Origin: Ferruginibacter sp.
GTDB taxonomy: Bacteria > Bacteroidota > Bacteroidia > Chitinophagales > Chitinophagaceae
Length of the DNA stretch: 64,000 bases
NCBI GenBank assembly: GCA_039934735.1
Contig: JBDTLP010000009.1
Location: 3,522 to 67,521 of the forward strand
Direction of reading: 5' to 3'
In this document: in pieces, positions 27,001 to 35,898 of the stretch
How positions within the stretch are numbered: the first letter of the stretch is position 1
Layout: each line of letters starts with the position of its first letter
Position numbers and translations under genes: made by a program
Notes under the pieces: model-generated
What the model was told of the DNA's origin: nothing
Seen by the model: only the letters and a program-made list of their open reading frames with translations
The model's database searches: none

Positions 27001-29840
27001 GCAGCATGTGGAGCAGCAGCTGATGTACCAAAGAAATTTGGCAGTGGATCTCCATCAATATTTACACCGCCAAAATTTACAGTTGTGTTTACACCATTTG
27101 GTGCTGTGAATTCAGGTTTGTTCCTTACAACATTATTTACAGGTGTGCCTCCCCGTGAGGAAAAGGATGCAACTGTTGGCGGGTTAACACCATAAGCGGG
27201 TGTATTTGTATAAAGCACAGCACCAACAGCCATCGCACCTGCTGCATTTGCCTGGCCAACAATTGTTGAGTTACCGGAATTGTATTCACTGATAACAGTA
27301 TTGCCGCGGAAGAAAATGTACTTAAATCTTACGTTGCTGGTACCGGCAGCTCTTACAATTAGAATATTTGTAGTTGTATTTTGTGTAACAGTAAAAGGAA
27401 GTATTTCCAATGGATCTCCACCAAGATTGTTCCTGTTGAAACCAAATAATGGTTGTCCATTGTTATCAGTTAAATAAATATCAAGGTCATTGGCCGTTCC
27501 ATTTTGTGCTGGCCCGAGTGAATAAATATCGTCTTCCCATTGAAGTACGACGGTGTAGGTACCAGGCGTAAGCGTTATGTTTTGGAAAACGTCGGTGCCA
27601 GTTGTACTAAAATTATGTGCCTGCCCAACAATACCATTCGGAGCAGTTACCGGGCGGAAAACACTTTCATAAGATTGATTTCCAAAATTTCCTGCTGCAG
27701 AAAAATAACTTACGCCTTTGCTTGTTACAGAATCAACTGCTTTTGCAACAACGCCATCCTGGAAAAAAGGTTCAGTTATAAATGTAACATCATCTACAAT
27801 TACATTACATGAATCCTGTTGCAATTGTAAAATGCCTTGGGCAAAATCACCTGCACTTACAAATCCTGTACGGAAAGCGAGTTTTGCTTTTGGGGCAATA
27901 TCATGTACGATCTGCAACATCGCCCTTCCTTCATCCGTACGTTTACCAAAAGGATAATCTTTAATAACATGAACAGGATTTTCATTGTCAGGATTTCCAG
28001 GGCCAGGAAGATCACCATTCAAAACATCTGTACCTGCAGGATCTCCGGGTATTGTATTGTAGCTATCTGATAATACACCCACTTTTACACTATCACCCGA
28101 AAGGCCATAACCATTGCGAACAAAATCTGCTCTCACTGCTGTATCGCCTGCGGAATTTGCAACACCTACATTTCCCAATGGTGGAAACACAGGACGTACA
28201 TAATCGATCAATGTAGGAATACTATCTAATTTTTTTAAATGATTGATGGGATACCTGCCAGTAATGATCAATGAATTTGGTCCGTTATCAACCAGGTTTC
28301 TTATTCCGTAAGGAGTTGTTTGCAATAAGGTTAATAGTTGAGTGTATTGACCGGTACGTGATATCACTTCGATCATTACACTATCGTTACTTAAAAGAAA
28401 AATATTTTGGGCAGTATCAGTAACAAAACCAAAGTATTGATACAAGGAACTTAATTCCGAACCGATAATGTTATCAAGTTTACCATTTGGTGGTGGTGGA
28501 TAATAAGGAAAGATGCATTGCACAAAATTCACAAGCACTGTGTCTGTTGCATAACAACCACCATTTGGATCAGTAACCGTTAAAACATATTTAGCCGCTA
28601 CATCCACAACAGGAGTAAGTGTAGTTGCGCCTGAAACAATATGGCCATTCCCAATTGGCATCCAGTTATATTGTACATTTTGATTTGTAGAAGAGCCATT
28701 TAGCTGAACAGATGAAACCGTGCAGTTCAATTCTTTATCGGGCCCTGCATTTACATTCGGAGTGGAGCAGGATATTAGTGGTTGATAAATTACTGTGATA
28801 CCACATTGAACATTTACCTGTGTGCCGCTCCACAATGCACCGGTAATGGTAGTATTGCCGCTGGTTGCACCAATATTTATTCCTCCAAAAGGAGCCCACA
28901 CTGTTCCAAGCCATTTTGAACAACTCGATTGAGAAGTACCATTGGCTATCGCAAACGAATAGCTGCCAAGCGAACAACTAGATCCTGTTCCATGTGTTTC
29001 TGTATAAATTCTTGCTGCACTTCCTCCATTTGAAGTGGTAGCAGTTACTTTATTTAGATCAATATCACCCTGGACATAAATTTTAATATTGCCACTGGTA
29101 GTATTATTAAAATTGAAAACAAAACTATTGTTGGCGCCTGTATTTTTTATTGATTTAAAAACATAAACACCAGGGCCGGAAAAAGTAATCGTCTTTCCAC
29201 CACTCAATGTCATAGCGCAATAATTTCCAGGGGTAATTGTTTTTGTTGTAGTAATATTCGTAGTGCCATAAGCAGGAAATGTTGTAATGGGCGGCATTAT
29301 AGGAAGTATAGGTAGAGTAGGCGTTCCTGTTACGTTAGTACCGCCTGGCGTTGGACCCGTATAGGTTGTTCCAGAAGGATGGGTTACCCTGCCCAATACA
29401 GTTCCACTGGTTACGATTATCTTTCCTTTTACATCAATATTGCCTTTTAAGTTTGCGCCTGATCCCACAGAAAGAATCGTACCCGTTGAATTAGCACTAT
29501 TAGCAGCCGTTATTTTCCCCGTAACAGTGTTGCTATTTGAAAGTACAACAGTTCCGCCACTATAAATGTTTCCTGTGATGTTTGAACTGCCTGTTGATTT
29601 TACAAGATTGAAACTTCCAATAGAACCTCCCTGTATGCTCGTTGAAGAACCTAACTGTACAGCACAACCGGGTGATGCCGGAGTAGATTGGCCAGATCCA
29701 CCGGGACAGCTTCCATTTCCGCCAAATAAAACAAAGTCGGAAATATTTAATTGCTGTGCTCCTGCCTGGAAACTTAACAATAAGATCACAACAATAGCAG
29801 CACTGAATTTACACAATGATGCGAAGAGATTTTTTTTCAT
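24096..29840 (-). CDS. Giant T9SS-secreted S8 (subtilisin-like) peptidase with beta-helical N-region, IPT/Ig and multiple MBG (YG-type) domains
   Basis: 1914 aa with a signal peptide. The S8 triad context is VGVLSDSYN (Asp), DEGRAMLQIVHDIAP (His) and FFGTSAAAPHAAA (Ser). Repeated MBG motifs: KKYGEKIPALTATV, LEYGDKITNL, MIYGAALPAFTSTVTGY, CIYGNANPVFRITYTGF. T9SS C-terminal domain: TNVYPNPVTNKVRITV...GVYYIKVKVDNAYKQFRILKQ. Confidence 0.85.
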   Translation of the reverse strand: MKKNLFASLCKFSAAIVVILLLSFQAGAQQLNISDFVLFGGNGSCPGGSGQSTPASPGCAVQLGSSTSIQGGSIGSFNLVKSTGSSNITGNIYSGGTVVLSNSNTVTGKITAANSANSTGTILSVGSGANLKGNIDVKGKIIVTSGTVLGRVTHPSGTTYTGPTPGGTNVTGTPTLPILPIMPPITTFPAYGTTNITTTKTITPGNYCAMTLSGGKTITFSGPGVYVFKSIKNTGANNSFVFNFNNTTSGNIKIYVQGDIDLNKVTATTSNGGSAARIYTETHGTGSSCSLGSYSFAIANGTSQSSCSKWLGTVWAPFGGINIGATSGNTTITGALWSGTQVNVQCGITVIYQPLISCSTPNVNAGPDKELNCTVSSVQLNGSSTNQNVQYNWMPIGNGHIVSGATTLTPVVDVAAKYVLTVTDPNGGCYATDTVLVNFVQCIFPYYPPPPNGKLDNIIGSELSSLYQYFGFVTDTAQNIFLLSNDSVMIEVISRTGQYTQLLTLLQTTPYGIRNLVDNGPNSLIITGRYPINHLKKLDSIPTLIDYVRPVFPPLGNVGVANSAGDTAVRADFVRNGYGLSGDSVKVGVLSDSYNTIPGDPAGTDVLNGDLPGPGNPDNENPVHVIKDYPFGKRTDEGRAMLQIVHDIAPKAKLAFRTGFVSAGDFAQGILQLQQDSCNVIVDDVTFITEPFFQDGVVAKAVDSVTSKGVSYFSAAGNFGNQSYESVFRPVTAPNGIVGQAHNFSTTGTDVFQNITLTPGTYTVVLQWEDDIYSLGPAQNGTANDLDIYLTDNNGQPLFGFNRNNLGGDPLEILPFTVTQNTTTNILIVRAAGTSNVRFKYIFFRGNTVISEYNSGNSTIVGQANAAGAMAVGAVLYTNTPAYGVNPPTVASFSSRGGTPVNNVVRNKPEFTAPNGVNTTVNFGGVNIDGDPLPNFFGTSAAAPHAAAVAALLIEGKRKFANQTITPAALRTLMETTALDMDATGFDFNTGYGFIQANTAMRTFATPTPVINDLQLLVPPTTPGPAPVVLTVQGNYLDGQSVINFRGNPLPTTVVNATTLSATIPAFTGNPAIQVYTAPVSVNGTDGGLSNSLYFFTPVKKHVVITAENKVKKYGEKIPALTATVTVDNVPLENSGFSLLQLGLDPISFTTTATNFSNTGIYAIKPAMRVLDMNDPFDAGLPELYDYTFVNGLLTINKLPVTITSRDTTLEYGDKITNLQFNYDYNDANIADEDKAAFFANLKTAHTQKVSNAVALVDDQTVVDGRTLQTSDLTDLSFLVSVRAAVNVRAAVNVRAAVNSVVFDTTYVVDLSPKSIYNYQQDSAVTTLVNVRAAVNTRAAVNVRAAVNGGAVVNTRALALNSPFVNASTVNDETNQDLVVIIDSTDVYAPANDTLVDFIPINLITGMTSGLHKIVPAAFVSENFDVSYHLGNLTISAAHLTVTTGNANMIYGAALPAFTSTVTGYKFQDDASNVFTGPLTYSLLNASNLTIPNTNIPSGTFIIVPAASLIQPANYTIDYTSGALNVGKAALTARAVDTSCIYGNANPVFRITYTGFVNGDGPANITQPVAATTATVTSGVGTYPITLTGGSSNNYNIVNTNGTLTIGKRNLIVTADDKVIFKGSSLPTYTSTITGYVNNDQAKCTSGPTYTISPSCSGAAGVYTITPSNLVLSSPTRNYYTISYMPGKLYINPKGTGAKNITLALRCKDVLTNHPSGYSYVAHFEATNGNATPVYVAVGTDNNLTPAGMWSGTIPVVFQPGKTTFDVFFNGTSLKWTVATYCVNTKTTVYVTATPSSPSCATNIYTRGVSSTPDIGKKDIKAATQSSANDLFSGNTNVYPNPVTNKVRITVNGAVVSTKGVAVIDMTGRTWPVSRATSLSGNSIELDLSKLSSGVYYIKVKVDNAYKQFRILKQ
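25779..26003 (-). repeat. In-frame 18-nt tandem repeats encoding (V/T)RAAVN hexapeptides, in two clusters
   Basis: Nt 25944-26003 encode VRAAVN three times. Nt 25779-25857 encode VNVRAAVNTRAAVNVRAAVNGGAVVNT. The copies differ at synonymous positions. Confidence 0.85.
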
Positions 29841-30232
29841 GATAAACTTAGTTAAAGATAATTAGGGCTGATACCTCAATATAGTGGTATCGCATCCATA
29901 TGCGCTTAGTATAAGTTAAAGGGGGTAAACAAAGTCAGCAATGACCCTATTTTTACAGGTAGTTATCAGTAAGTACAAATAACAGTTACGTATTTCAGAG
30001 AAGGGAGCAGCAGTAGGTTTTGATCGGTATTGAATCCTTCTTATTAATTGGCGACGTAATTTATGATTTTTTTTTCGATGTTCAGGCACTTACCTCCAAA
30101 AACCGTGAAATCAACCGGGGGGCGGGGTATTAACCTATTCGTATTTTTAATAATATTTTTCTCCGTCACTTTATAAATGTTTCCTGAGTTCCTATCTCAA
30201 TATTTATTGATATCTGTTGTATATTTATCGCC

Positions 30233-32983
30233 ATGAAAGAACGTTTATACAAGATCCTGAATATTAAACATTCAGAGTCGAGCCAGGTTTTTGATCTCTT
30301 AACCGTTCAGTTCTTTATTGGTTTGGCAAATGCCCTTGTTGGTGTAATTGCTTTAACACTTTTTGTTCACTTTCTTACTATTTATTCTTTACCCTGGGTT
30401 TACCTTGTTGTTGCAGGTTTGCTGATGCTCATCAATTTCATTTATGAAAAACTGGAGCATAAATTTTCTCCCTTACAATTGCTTAAATATATCATTGGCT
30501 TTGGTGCTATAATATTGGTTGTATTATGGGCCGGCCTTCGTTTTGGAAATGAGAATGATTTTATTTTTATCTTACTCGTATCAAGTATTTTAATTTACAT
30601 GGTAACCGGGTATGCATTCTGGGGGCTGGTTTCATTGTTGTTTAATGTAAGGGAAAGCCGGAGGGTTTTCTCCATTGTTGGATCCGGTGATATTCCTGCT
30701 AAATTGATTGGTTATATTATAACTCCTTTGCTTATTCCTTTTGTAGGATTGAGCAACCTGCTTTGGCTGGCTATTTTTTCATTCTGTACAGGGTTTATTT
30801 TATTTGGACGTTTTATAAAAAAGAAGAGTTGGGAAACGATCAGGAATAAACCTCATTTAGAGCACCATCATGAAAAACATAATAAGAAGCAGGGTCTTGT
30901 TGCATTCTTCTTCAAACACAAACTGATATTCGCCATTTCTCTTTTATCCATTATAAGTTATAATGTATTCGTACTTGTTGATTATACATTTATTTCACAG
31001 GTTAAATTAAAGTTTGAAAATATTGCTGACCTGGCTGCATACATTTCAATCTTCTTTGCATTTGGAAGATTGATCGCACTCGCTTTTAAACTGATCTTCA
31101 CGAGCCGCCTGATAGAAAGATTAGGAGTAATTTATTGTTTATTCATCACGCCGATTGCGTTATTCTTATTTTGCCTGGTTTTTTTTATTAACGGAGATCA
31201 TTCAACCTATAACCTTTTTATTTTCGGATTGATGGCCATGCTGACAGAAGTTCTTCGTTCTACGATGCAGGAACCTGTTTTTCTTATACTTTTTCAACCT
31301 TTAAAAGAGAACCTCAGGTTGAAGGGGCATATCATTTCGAAGGGATATATGTATCCACCATCACTTATTATTGTTGGATTGTCATTGCTATTCCTCCATA
31401 ATGGCGGAGCACATATTACAATATTGCTTGCTGTTAAAGTAGTGATCTTTAATTTATGTATCTGGGCAGCGATCATATTTTTATTGCGTCGCACGTACCT
31501 GAATACCATTCATGCGTCTATCAAAAAAGGGATATTTAGTAGTGAAGATATTTATATAACCGACCAGCAAACGATTGATATCTTATTGGGAAAAATTAAA
31601 GCAGGAAAAAGAATTGAAGTTATTTATGCACTTAATCTATTGGAGAATTCTGGTTATGCAGGGTTCGATGCTTTGCTGCAAAACCAGGTTTTGGAAGCCA
31701 GGGATGTAGAAGTAAAGAAATATGCATTGGACAGAATGGAAGTGCTGGAAAAAATAAATGTAACCATTCTCAGGGATATGCTTAATGCTGTGAGTGATGA
31801 TGAACTTGAACAAAAGATCGTTTCATTACTTTGCAAATACGATGAAGAATTTTTGGAGAAGGTTTCTGAAAACATCAGTGCCAATGAAGAGCATATAAGA
31901 AAGATCATTATCATCAATTTGCTAAACCACCGTGAGTTTAAATATTTATTTATTGCAGGACAAGAAATCAACCGTTTGTTATATTCTGCCGATCCTGGTG
32001 AAAGAGAACTTGCAGTAAGTATTATCAGCGAACTAAAGAATGTACAATTCTCTGATGCGATTGAACGGCTTATCAATGATGAAGAGATTGCCGTTCAAAG
32101 GGTGGCCATAACGGCGGCGTGTAAACTAAGAATGGAAAAACTGCTTCCATCGATCATTGATCTTTTGGATCAGCCTGCACATAAAAATATTGTTTTAAAA
32201 GGGCTACAGGTATATGGCGATATTCTTTTTGAAGATATCAAACACCGGGCTGTAAATATTCCGGCGAAATATATGTCGGATCTTGTTAAGCTGGCTGGAA
32301 AAACGAGAGGAGAGCATTCAACAACATTCCTTATTTCAAAAATGAATGATGATGATTCATTTCCGAAGGATAATATCCTGCATGCACTTTGGTTGAAAGA
32401 GTATGAACCAACAGGTGTGGACGAGAAAGAAAGATTTTCTTACGTACTGAATAATTATCTGAAATCAGGATTGGACAAGATCCAGGATTACATTCATATC
32501 CCCGATTTTGAACAGCAGGAACTGATAAGAAGATCTATCTTCAACGAAGTGAGGAATGACCTGCAGGCTGCACTAAAAGCCTGTGCTGTTTTATTCAGGA
32601 AAAAGGAGATCAACAGGATATTGGAACTGATGGAAATTGTTAAGCAGGATAAGTTGTATAATGCAATGGAAATGCTTGAACTTGTGTTACCAAAAAAAAT
32701 ATCCAAGGACCTGAATCAGTTATTCGATTTTATTCTTGATCCACATAATAGCAGCAGGATAGCAGTAAAAACTGAAATAAAATCATTTTATAAAAAGGTA
32801 ATTTTTACTTCACCCCTATTGTACAACCCCTGGACAAAGGCTGTCTGTATCTATTCCTCCTGGAAAAATAATGAAACTGATTTTCTCGATAAATTGAAAG
32901 ACCATATACACGCAGATGATCATTATCTTGTAAAGGAGGTAAAGGATTTTGTGAACGAGGAGATGGGGGAGCGGGTGGGGTGA
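30233..32983 (+). CDS. Membrane permease (MFS/TLC-like, ~11-12 TM) fused to a large HEAT-like helical repeat domain
   Basis: 916 aa. The N-terminal ~430 aa are polytopic; the C-terminal ~480 aa are helical repeats. The next gene encodes a cNMP-binding domain. Confidence 0.7.
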   Translation: MKERLYKILNIKHSESSQVFDLLTVQFFIGLANALVGVIALTLFVHFLTIYSLPWVYLVVAGLLMLINFIYEKLEHKFSPLQLLKYIIGFGAIILVVLWAGLRFGNENDFIFILLVSSILIYMVTGYAFWGLVSLLFNVRESRRVFSIVGSGDIPAKLIGYIITPLLIPFVGLSNLLWLAIFSFCTGFILFGRFIKKKSWETIRNKPHLEHHHEKHNKKQGLVAFFFKHKLIFAISLLSIISYNVFVLVDYTFISQVKLKFENIADLAAYISIFFAFGRLIALAFKLIFTSRLIERLGVIYCLFITPIALFLFCLVFFINGDHSTYNLFIFGLMAMLTEVLRSTMQEPVFLILFQPLKENLRLKGHIISKGYMYPPSLIIVGLSLLFLHNGGAHITILLAVKVVIFNLCIWAAIIFLLRRTYLNTIHASIKKGIFSSEDIYITDQQTIDILLGKIKAGKRIEVIYALNLLENSGYAGFDALLQNQVLEARDVEVKKYALDRMEVLEKINVTILRDMLNAVSDDELEQKIVSLLCKYDEEFLEKVSENISANEEHIRKIIIINLLNHREFKYLFIAGQEINRLLYSADPGERELAVSIISELKNVQFSDAIERLINDEEIAVQRVAITAACKLRMEKLLPSIIDLLDQPAHKNIVLKGLQVYGDILFEDIKHRAVNIPAKYMSDLVKLAGKTRGEHSTTFLISKMNDDDSFPKDNILHALWLKEYEPTGVDEKERFSYVLNNYLKSGLDKIQDYIHIPDFEQQELIRRSIFNEVRNDLQAALKACAVLFRKKEINRILELMEIVKQDKLYNAMEMLELVLPKKISKDLNQLFDFILDPHNSSRIAVKTEIKSFYKKVIFTSPLLYNPWTKAVCIYSSWKNNETDFLDKLKDHIHADDHYLVKEVKDFVNEEMGERVG

Positions 32984-33113
32984 AAGAGTTAATAATGTTA
33001 ATAGAGTTAATAGAGTTAATAAAGTTGATAAAGTTGATAGAGTTAATAAAGTTGGCGAAGTTGATAAAGTTTATACAGGAGACATCCTTGTTAACTGTAT
33101 CAACTTCGTCAAC
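32984..33113. repeat. 9-nt-period (AGAGTTAAT/AAAGTTGAT) array plus inverted partner, filling the whole intergenic gap
   Basis: Starts immediately after the stop at 32983. The distal part gttggcgaagttgataaagttta pairs with ttaactgtatcaacttcgtcaac (33091-33113). It ends 2 nt before ATG 33116. Confidence 0.8.
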
Positions 33114-33115
33114 AT

Positions 33116-33595
33116 ATGAACTTCGTGAAGATCATCGACCATAAAAAAAGTTATATGCTGATTATAGAAAAAATATTATTACTAAAGAACTCCGACATTT
33201 TTAAAAACTGTAGCGAAGTGGATCTTATTGAGATCGCTTCTATTTGTGAAGAAAGCCAGGTGGATAAGGATATTATGTTGTTTAAAAAGGGAGATGCCGG
33301 TAACTGTATGTATTTTATCTATTCCGGGAATGTGTCTATACATGATGAAGAGCACCAGTTGGCTACACTTTCTGATAATGAAATATTTGGAGAACTATCA
33401 TTGCTTGATTCGGAAACAAGATCAGCAAGCGTAACAACTTTAACTGATTGTATCTTTTTAAAAATTGAACAAGAAGCTTTTTATGATGTTGTTGCCATCA
33501 ACACAGATATCTTAAAAGGGATTATGAGGACATTGTGCAGGCGGTTGAGGGAACAGGATCGTATAACGGTTGAGATGAAACGAAAAGTTTCTTAA
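33116..33595 (+). CDS. Cyclic-nucleotide-binding domain protein (no DNA-binding domain)
   Basis: FKKGDAGNCMYFIYSGNVSI...IFGELSLLDSETRSASVTT is the canonical CAP/PKA-type cNMP-binding signature (FGE...RSA). Confidence 0.8.
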   Translation: MNFVKIIDHKKSYMLIIEKILLLKNSDIFKNCSEVDLIEIASICEESQVDKDIMLFKKGDAGNCMYFIYSGNVSIHDEEHQLATLSDNEIFGELSLLDSETRSASVTTLTDCIFLKIEQEAFYDVVAINTDILKGIMRTLCRRLREQDRITVEMKRKVS

Positions 33596-33759
33596 GTGTA
33601 TGATGTATGATTTAAGATATAAGATTTAAGATGTATGATTTAAGATGTATGATGTAAGATGTATGATGTAAGATGTATGATGTATGATGTATGATGTAAG
33701 ATTTGTGAGAAGGTTCTAAATTGAAAGACATCTTAAATCTTAGATCTTCAATCTTACAT
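33596..33759. repeat. ~15-unit heptamer array (GATGTAA/GATGTAT/GATTTAA) plus inverted arm
   Basis: The left arm (33596-33704) starts right after the stop codon. The right arm acatcttaaatcttagatcttcaatcttacat (33728-33759) ends 1 nt before the stop of the convergent HD gene. Confidence 0.85.
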
Positions 33760-33760
33760 G

Positions 33761-34333
33761 CTATGTGATTTTCTTAATATTCGCCTTCTTAATCGGCTCC
33801 CTTATAAGTTGTGAAGAATTTGTATGGTAAGCATGATTTTCAAGGAATTTCAACTGCATCTTTTGCCATTCCTCTTCACTCGCTACAATTCCATAACTTA
33901 AAAATTCTTTTTTCAACCTTGTAGCGATATCGTGAAAATCATGACGTCCAAGATAATCAAGGTCAGCATCACATATTATTTTTTGCAATAAAGTTTTTGG
34001 ATTTTGTGGAACCCTTGTTGCCATGATCAGATCCTGTATGATCTTTATCTCTCCCTCTTTAAAATGAAATGGTATACTATCTTCTAAAAAGATCTCACAA
34101 CTTTTAATTTCATGATCCTTGTAAGTATATAAAAAGCCAGTGTCGTGATATAAAGCAGCCACCTTCAACAGGAATAATTCTTTTTCATTAATGCTCTCAT
34201 CTATGCCTACTCTTGCAGTATGCTTCACTACATCAAGTGTATGTTCTATACAATGGTAAGTTAACTCTGGATCCAGGTCTCTCAACTTCAAAATCACATG
34301 CTTATATATCGTATCAAAATGACGTTCCGGCAT
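33761..34333 (-). CDS. HD-domain phosphohydrolase
   Basis: HCIEHTLDV...AALYHDTGF gives the H...HD metal-binding motif. 190 aa. Confidence 0.8.
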   Translation of the reverse strand: MPERHFDTIYKHVILKLRDLDPELTYHCIEHTLDVVKHTARVGIDESINEKELFLLKVAALYHDTGFLYTYKDHEIKSCEIFLEDSIPFHFKEGEIKIIQDLIMATRVPQNPKTLLQKIICDADLDYLGRHDFHDIATRLKKEFLSYGIVASEEEWQKMQLKFLENHAYHTNSSQLIREPIKKANIKKIT

Positions 34334-34692
34334 AAGGAGGCAAATGTTTCAGTGTACTAATATAATAAAAATTCAATTAGATGCATTAGTTATTTGGTGC
34401 TATGAATATAGATTATAAGTGCGTAAAAAAAAGTTCAATTATTTCTTAATTAGTATTAATAACGTCCACGACTATTTTTAGTTTAATTAATTGGAAGAGA
34501 CTTAATGCTATGCCTTGTAAATAGGGATTGTCCGCATAGTGTATCAAAAAAGTGAGAAAGTGTTCGGAACCGGACATTTTTTATGTTCATAAATAAATGT
34601 TAATTGACTGTATATCAATGAGTTGATATAGTGGCACGGTTTGCGAATAGCAGTGCTACCAAACACAATTAAAACTTTTAAAAACATCAATT

Positions 34693-34869
34693 ATGAAAAT
34701 GCTATCACAGATATTATTCAGCAAAATGAGCAAAGCGGTTGTAACAGACCTTACCACAACTGTTGAAGAAACACTATCAAAAGAATTTGATAACGGCCAA
34801 CGCAAGGTATTTAGTGCTGCAGATCTATGGAACATCCAGCGCAGGAGAAGATCAACCGTTATCAGGTAA
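34693..34869 (+). CDS. Micro-protein, DLWNIQRxRR-tail family, copy 2a (58 aa)
   Basis: MKMLSQILFSKMSKAVVTDLTTTVEETLSKEFDNGQRKVFSAADLWNIQRRRRSTVIR. Manual translation; below the track cut-off. Confidence 0.7.
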   Translation: MKMLSQILFSKMSKAVVTDLTTTVEETLSKEFDNGQRKVFSAADLWNIQRRRRSTVIR

Positions 34870-34900
34870 ACAACATTTTTAAACCAATAATATTATAATC

Positions 34901-35068
34901 ATGAAAAAGTTAGAAAAAGTATTTTTTAAATACATCGTCAGTCCAAAAATTGAAGCAAGTCCTGAAATGACAGCAGTTAAAAGGCCCAGCAATAATACAG
35001 GGAAAATATTTAGTTCAGTGGATCTATGGAACATCCAGCGCAGGAAAAGGTTAACGTTAGTAAGGTAA
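34901..35068 (+). CDS. Micro-protein, DLWNIQRxRR-tail family, copy 2b (55 aa)
   Basis: MKKLEKVFFKYIVSPKIEASPEMTAVKRPSNNTGKIFSSVDLWNIQRRKRLTLVR. Manual translation; starts 31 nt after copy 2a. Confidence 0.65.
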   Translation: MKKLEKVFFKYIVSPKIEASPEMTAVKRPSNNTGKIFSSVDLWNIQRRKRLTLVR

Positions 35069-35138
35069 TTGTTGTATAAATCATCTATGATTGTTTCTGC
35101 AGCATATTTTTCTATAATTTTATTTAAACTTAGAAATT

Positions 35139-35831
35139 ATGCAAAAGACAGCGATCATAACCGGAGCTGCCGGTAATATGGGCCAGGCAATTGTGAGGAA
35201 ATTTTTGAAAGAAGGTTATCATGTTGTAGGTACCATTACTTCCAATGATCCTGCTTCCATTAATATTGATGATACAAATTTTGAAAAAGTAGCTGTAGAT
35301 CTCATGAGCGAAGAAGCAGCAGAGAAAGCCGTTGGCGAGGTCATTACTAAAAATAAAACAATAGATGCTGCTGTACTGACTGTTGGTGGTTTTGCAATGG
35401 GCAAAGTTTCTGATACAAAATCGGCAGATGTTCTGAAACAATACAAACTGAATTTTGAAACCGCTTACCATGTTGCCCGCCCCGTATTTATTCAAATGAT
35501 GCAACAAGGATATGGAAGAATATTTCTCGTAGGCTCACGGCCTGGCCTAAGTGCCAAAGATGGAAAGGGATTGATCGCTTATGGTTTATCCAAATCTTTA
35601 ATTTTTCGATTAGCAGAACTGATGAATGAAGAAGCAAAAGGAACCAACGTGGTAACATGTGTATTGGTTCCCAGCACCATTGATACGCCACAAAACCGCA
35701 AATCCATGCCCGACGCAGATTTTAGCAGTTGGGTAAAAGCAGAAGCCATTGCAGATACGGTTTATTTTTATTGTACGGATGAAGCTGCTGCAGTGAGGGA
35801 ACCGGTGATTAAAATGTATAATAACTCGTGA
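35139..35831 (+). CDS. Short-chain dehydrogenase/reductase (SDR)
   Basis: TGAAGNMG (TGxxxGxG) cofactor motif and the YGLSK catalytic YxxxK. 230 aa. Confidence 0.85.
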   Translation: MQKTAIITGAAGNMGQAIVRKFLKEGYHVVGTITSNDPASINIDDTNFEKVAVDLMSEEAAEKAVGEVITKNKTIDAAVLTVGGFAMGKVSDTKSADVLKQYKLNFETAYHVARPVFIQMMQQGYGRIFLVGSRPGLSAKDGKGLIAYGLSKSLIFRLAELMNEEAKGTNVVTCVLVPSTIDTPQNRKSMPDADFSSWVKAEAIADTVYFYCTDEAAAVREPVIKMYNNS

Positions 35832-35898
35832 GGCTGTGCTGAATTAAAAATTAAGAATTAAAAATTAATTTTCAACAATTTGTCGATTTGCCGATTCG

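Noticed and set aside
24737-29865. About 14 nested ORFs inside the 1914-aa gene
   Set aside because: They are shadow ORFs in alternate frames or antisense to a gene with clear domain content.
35130-35691. Minus-strand ORFs (125, 75 and 67 aa) overlapping the SDR gene
   Set aside because: They are antisense to a gene with canonical SDR motifs, and none carries a motif of its own.
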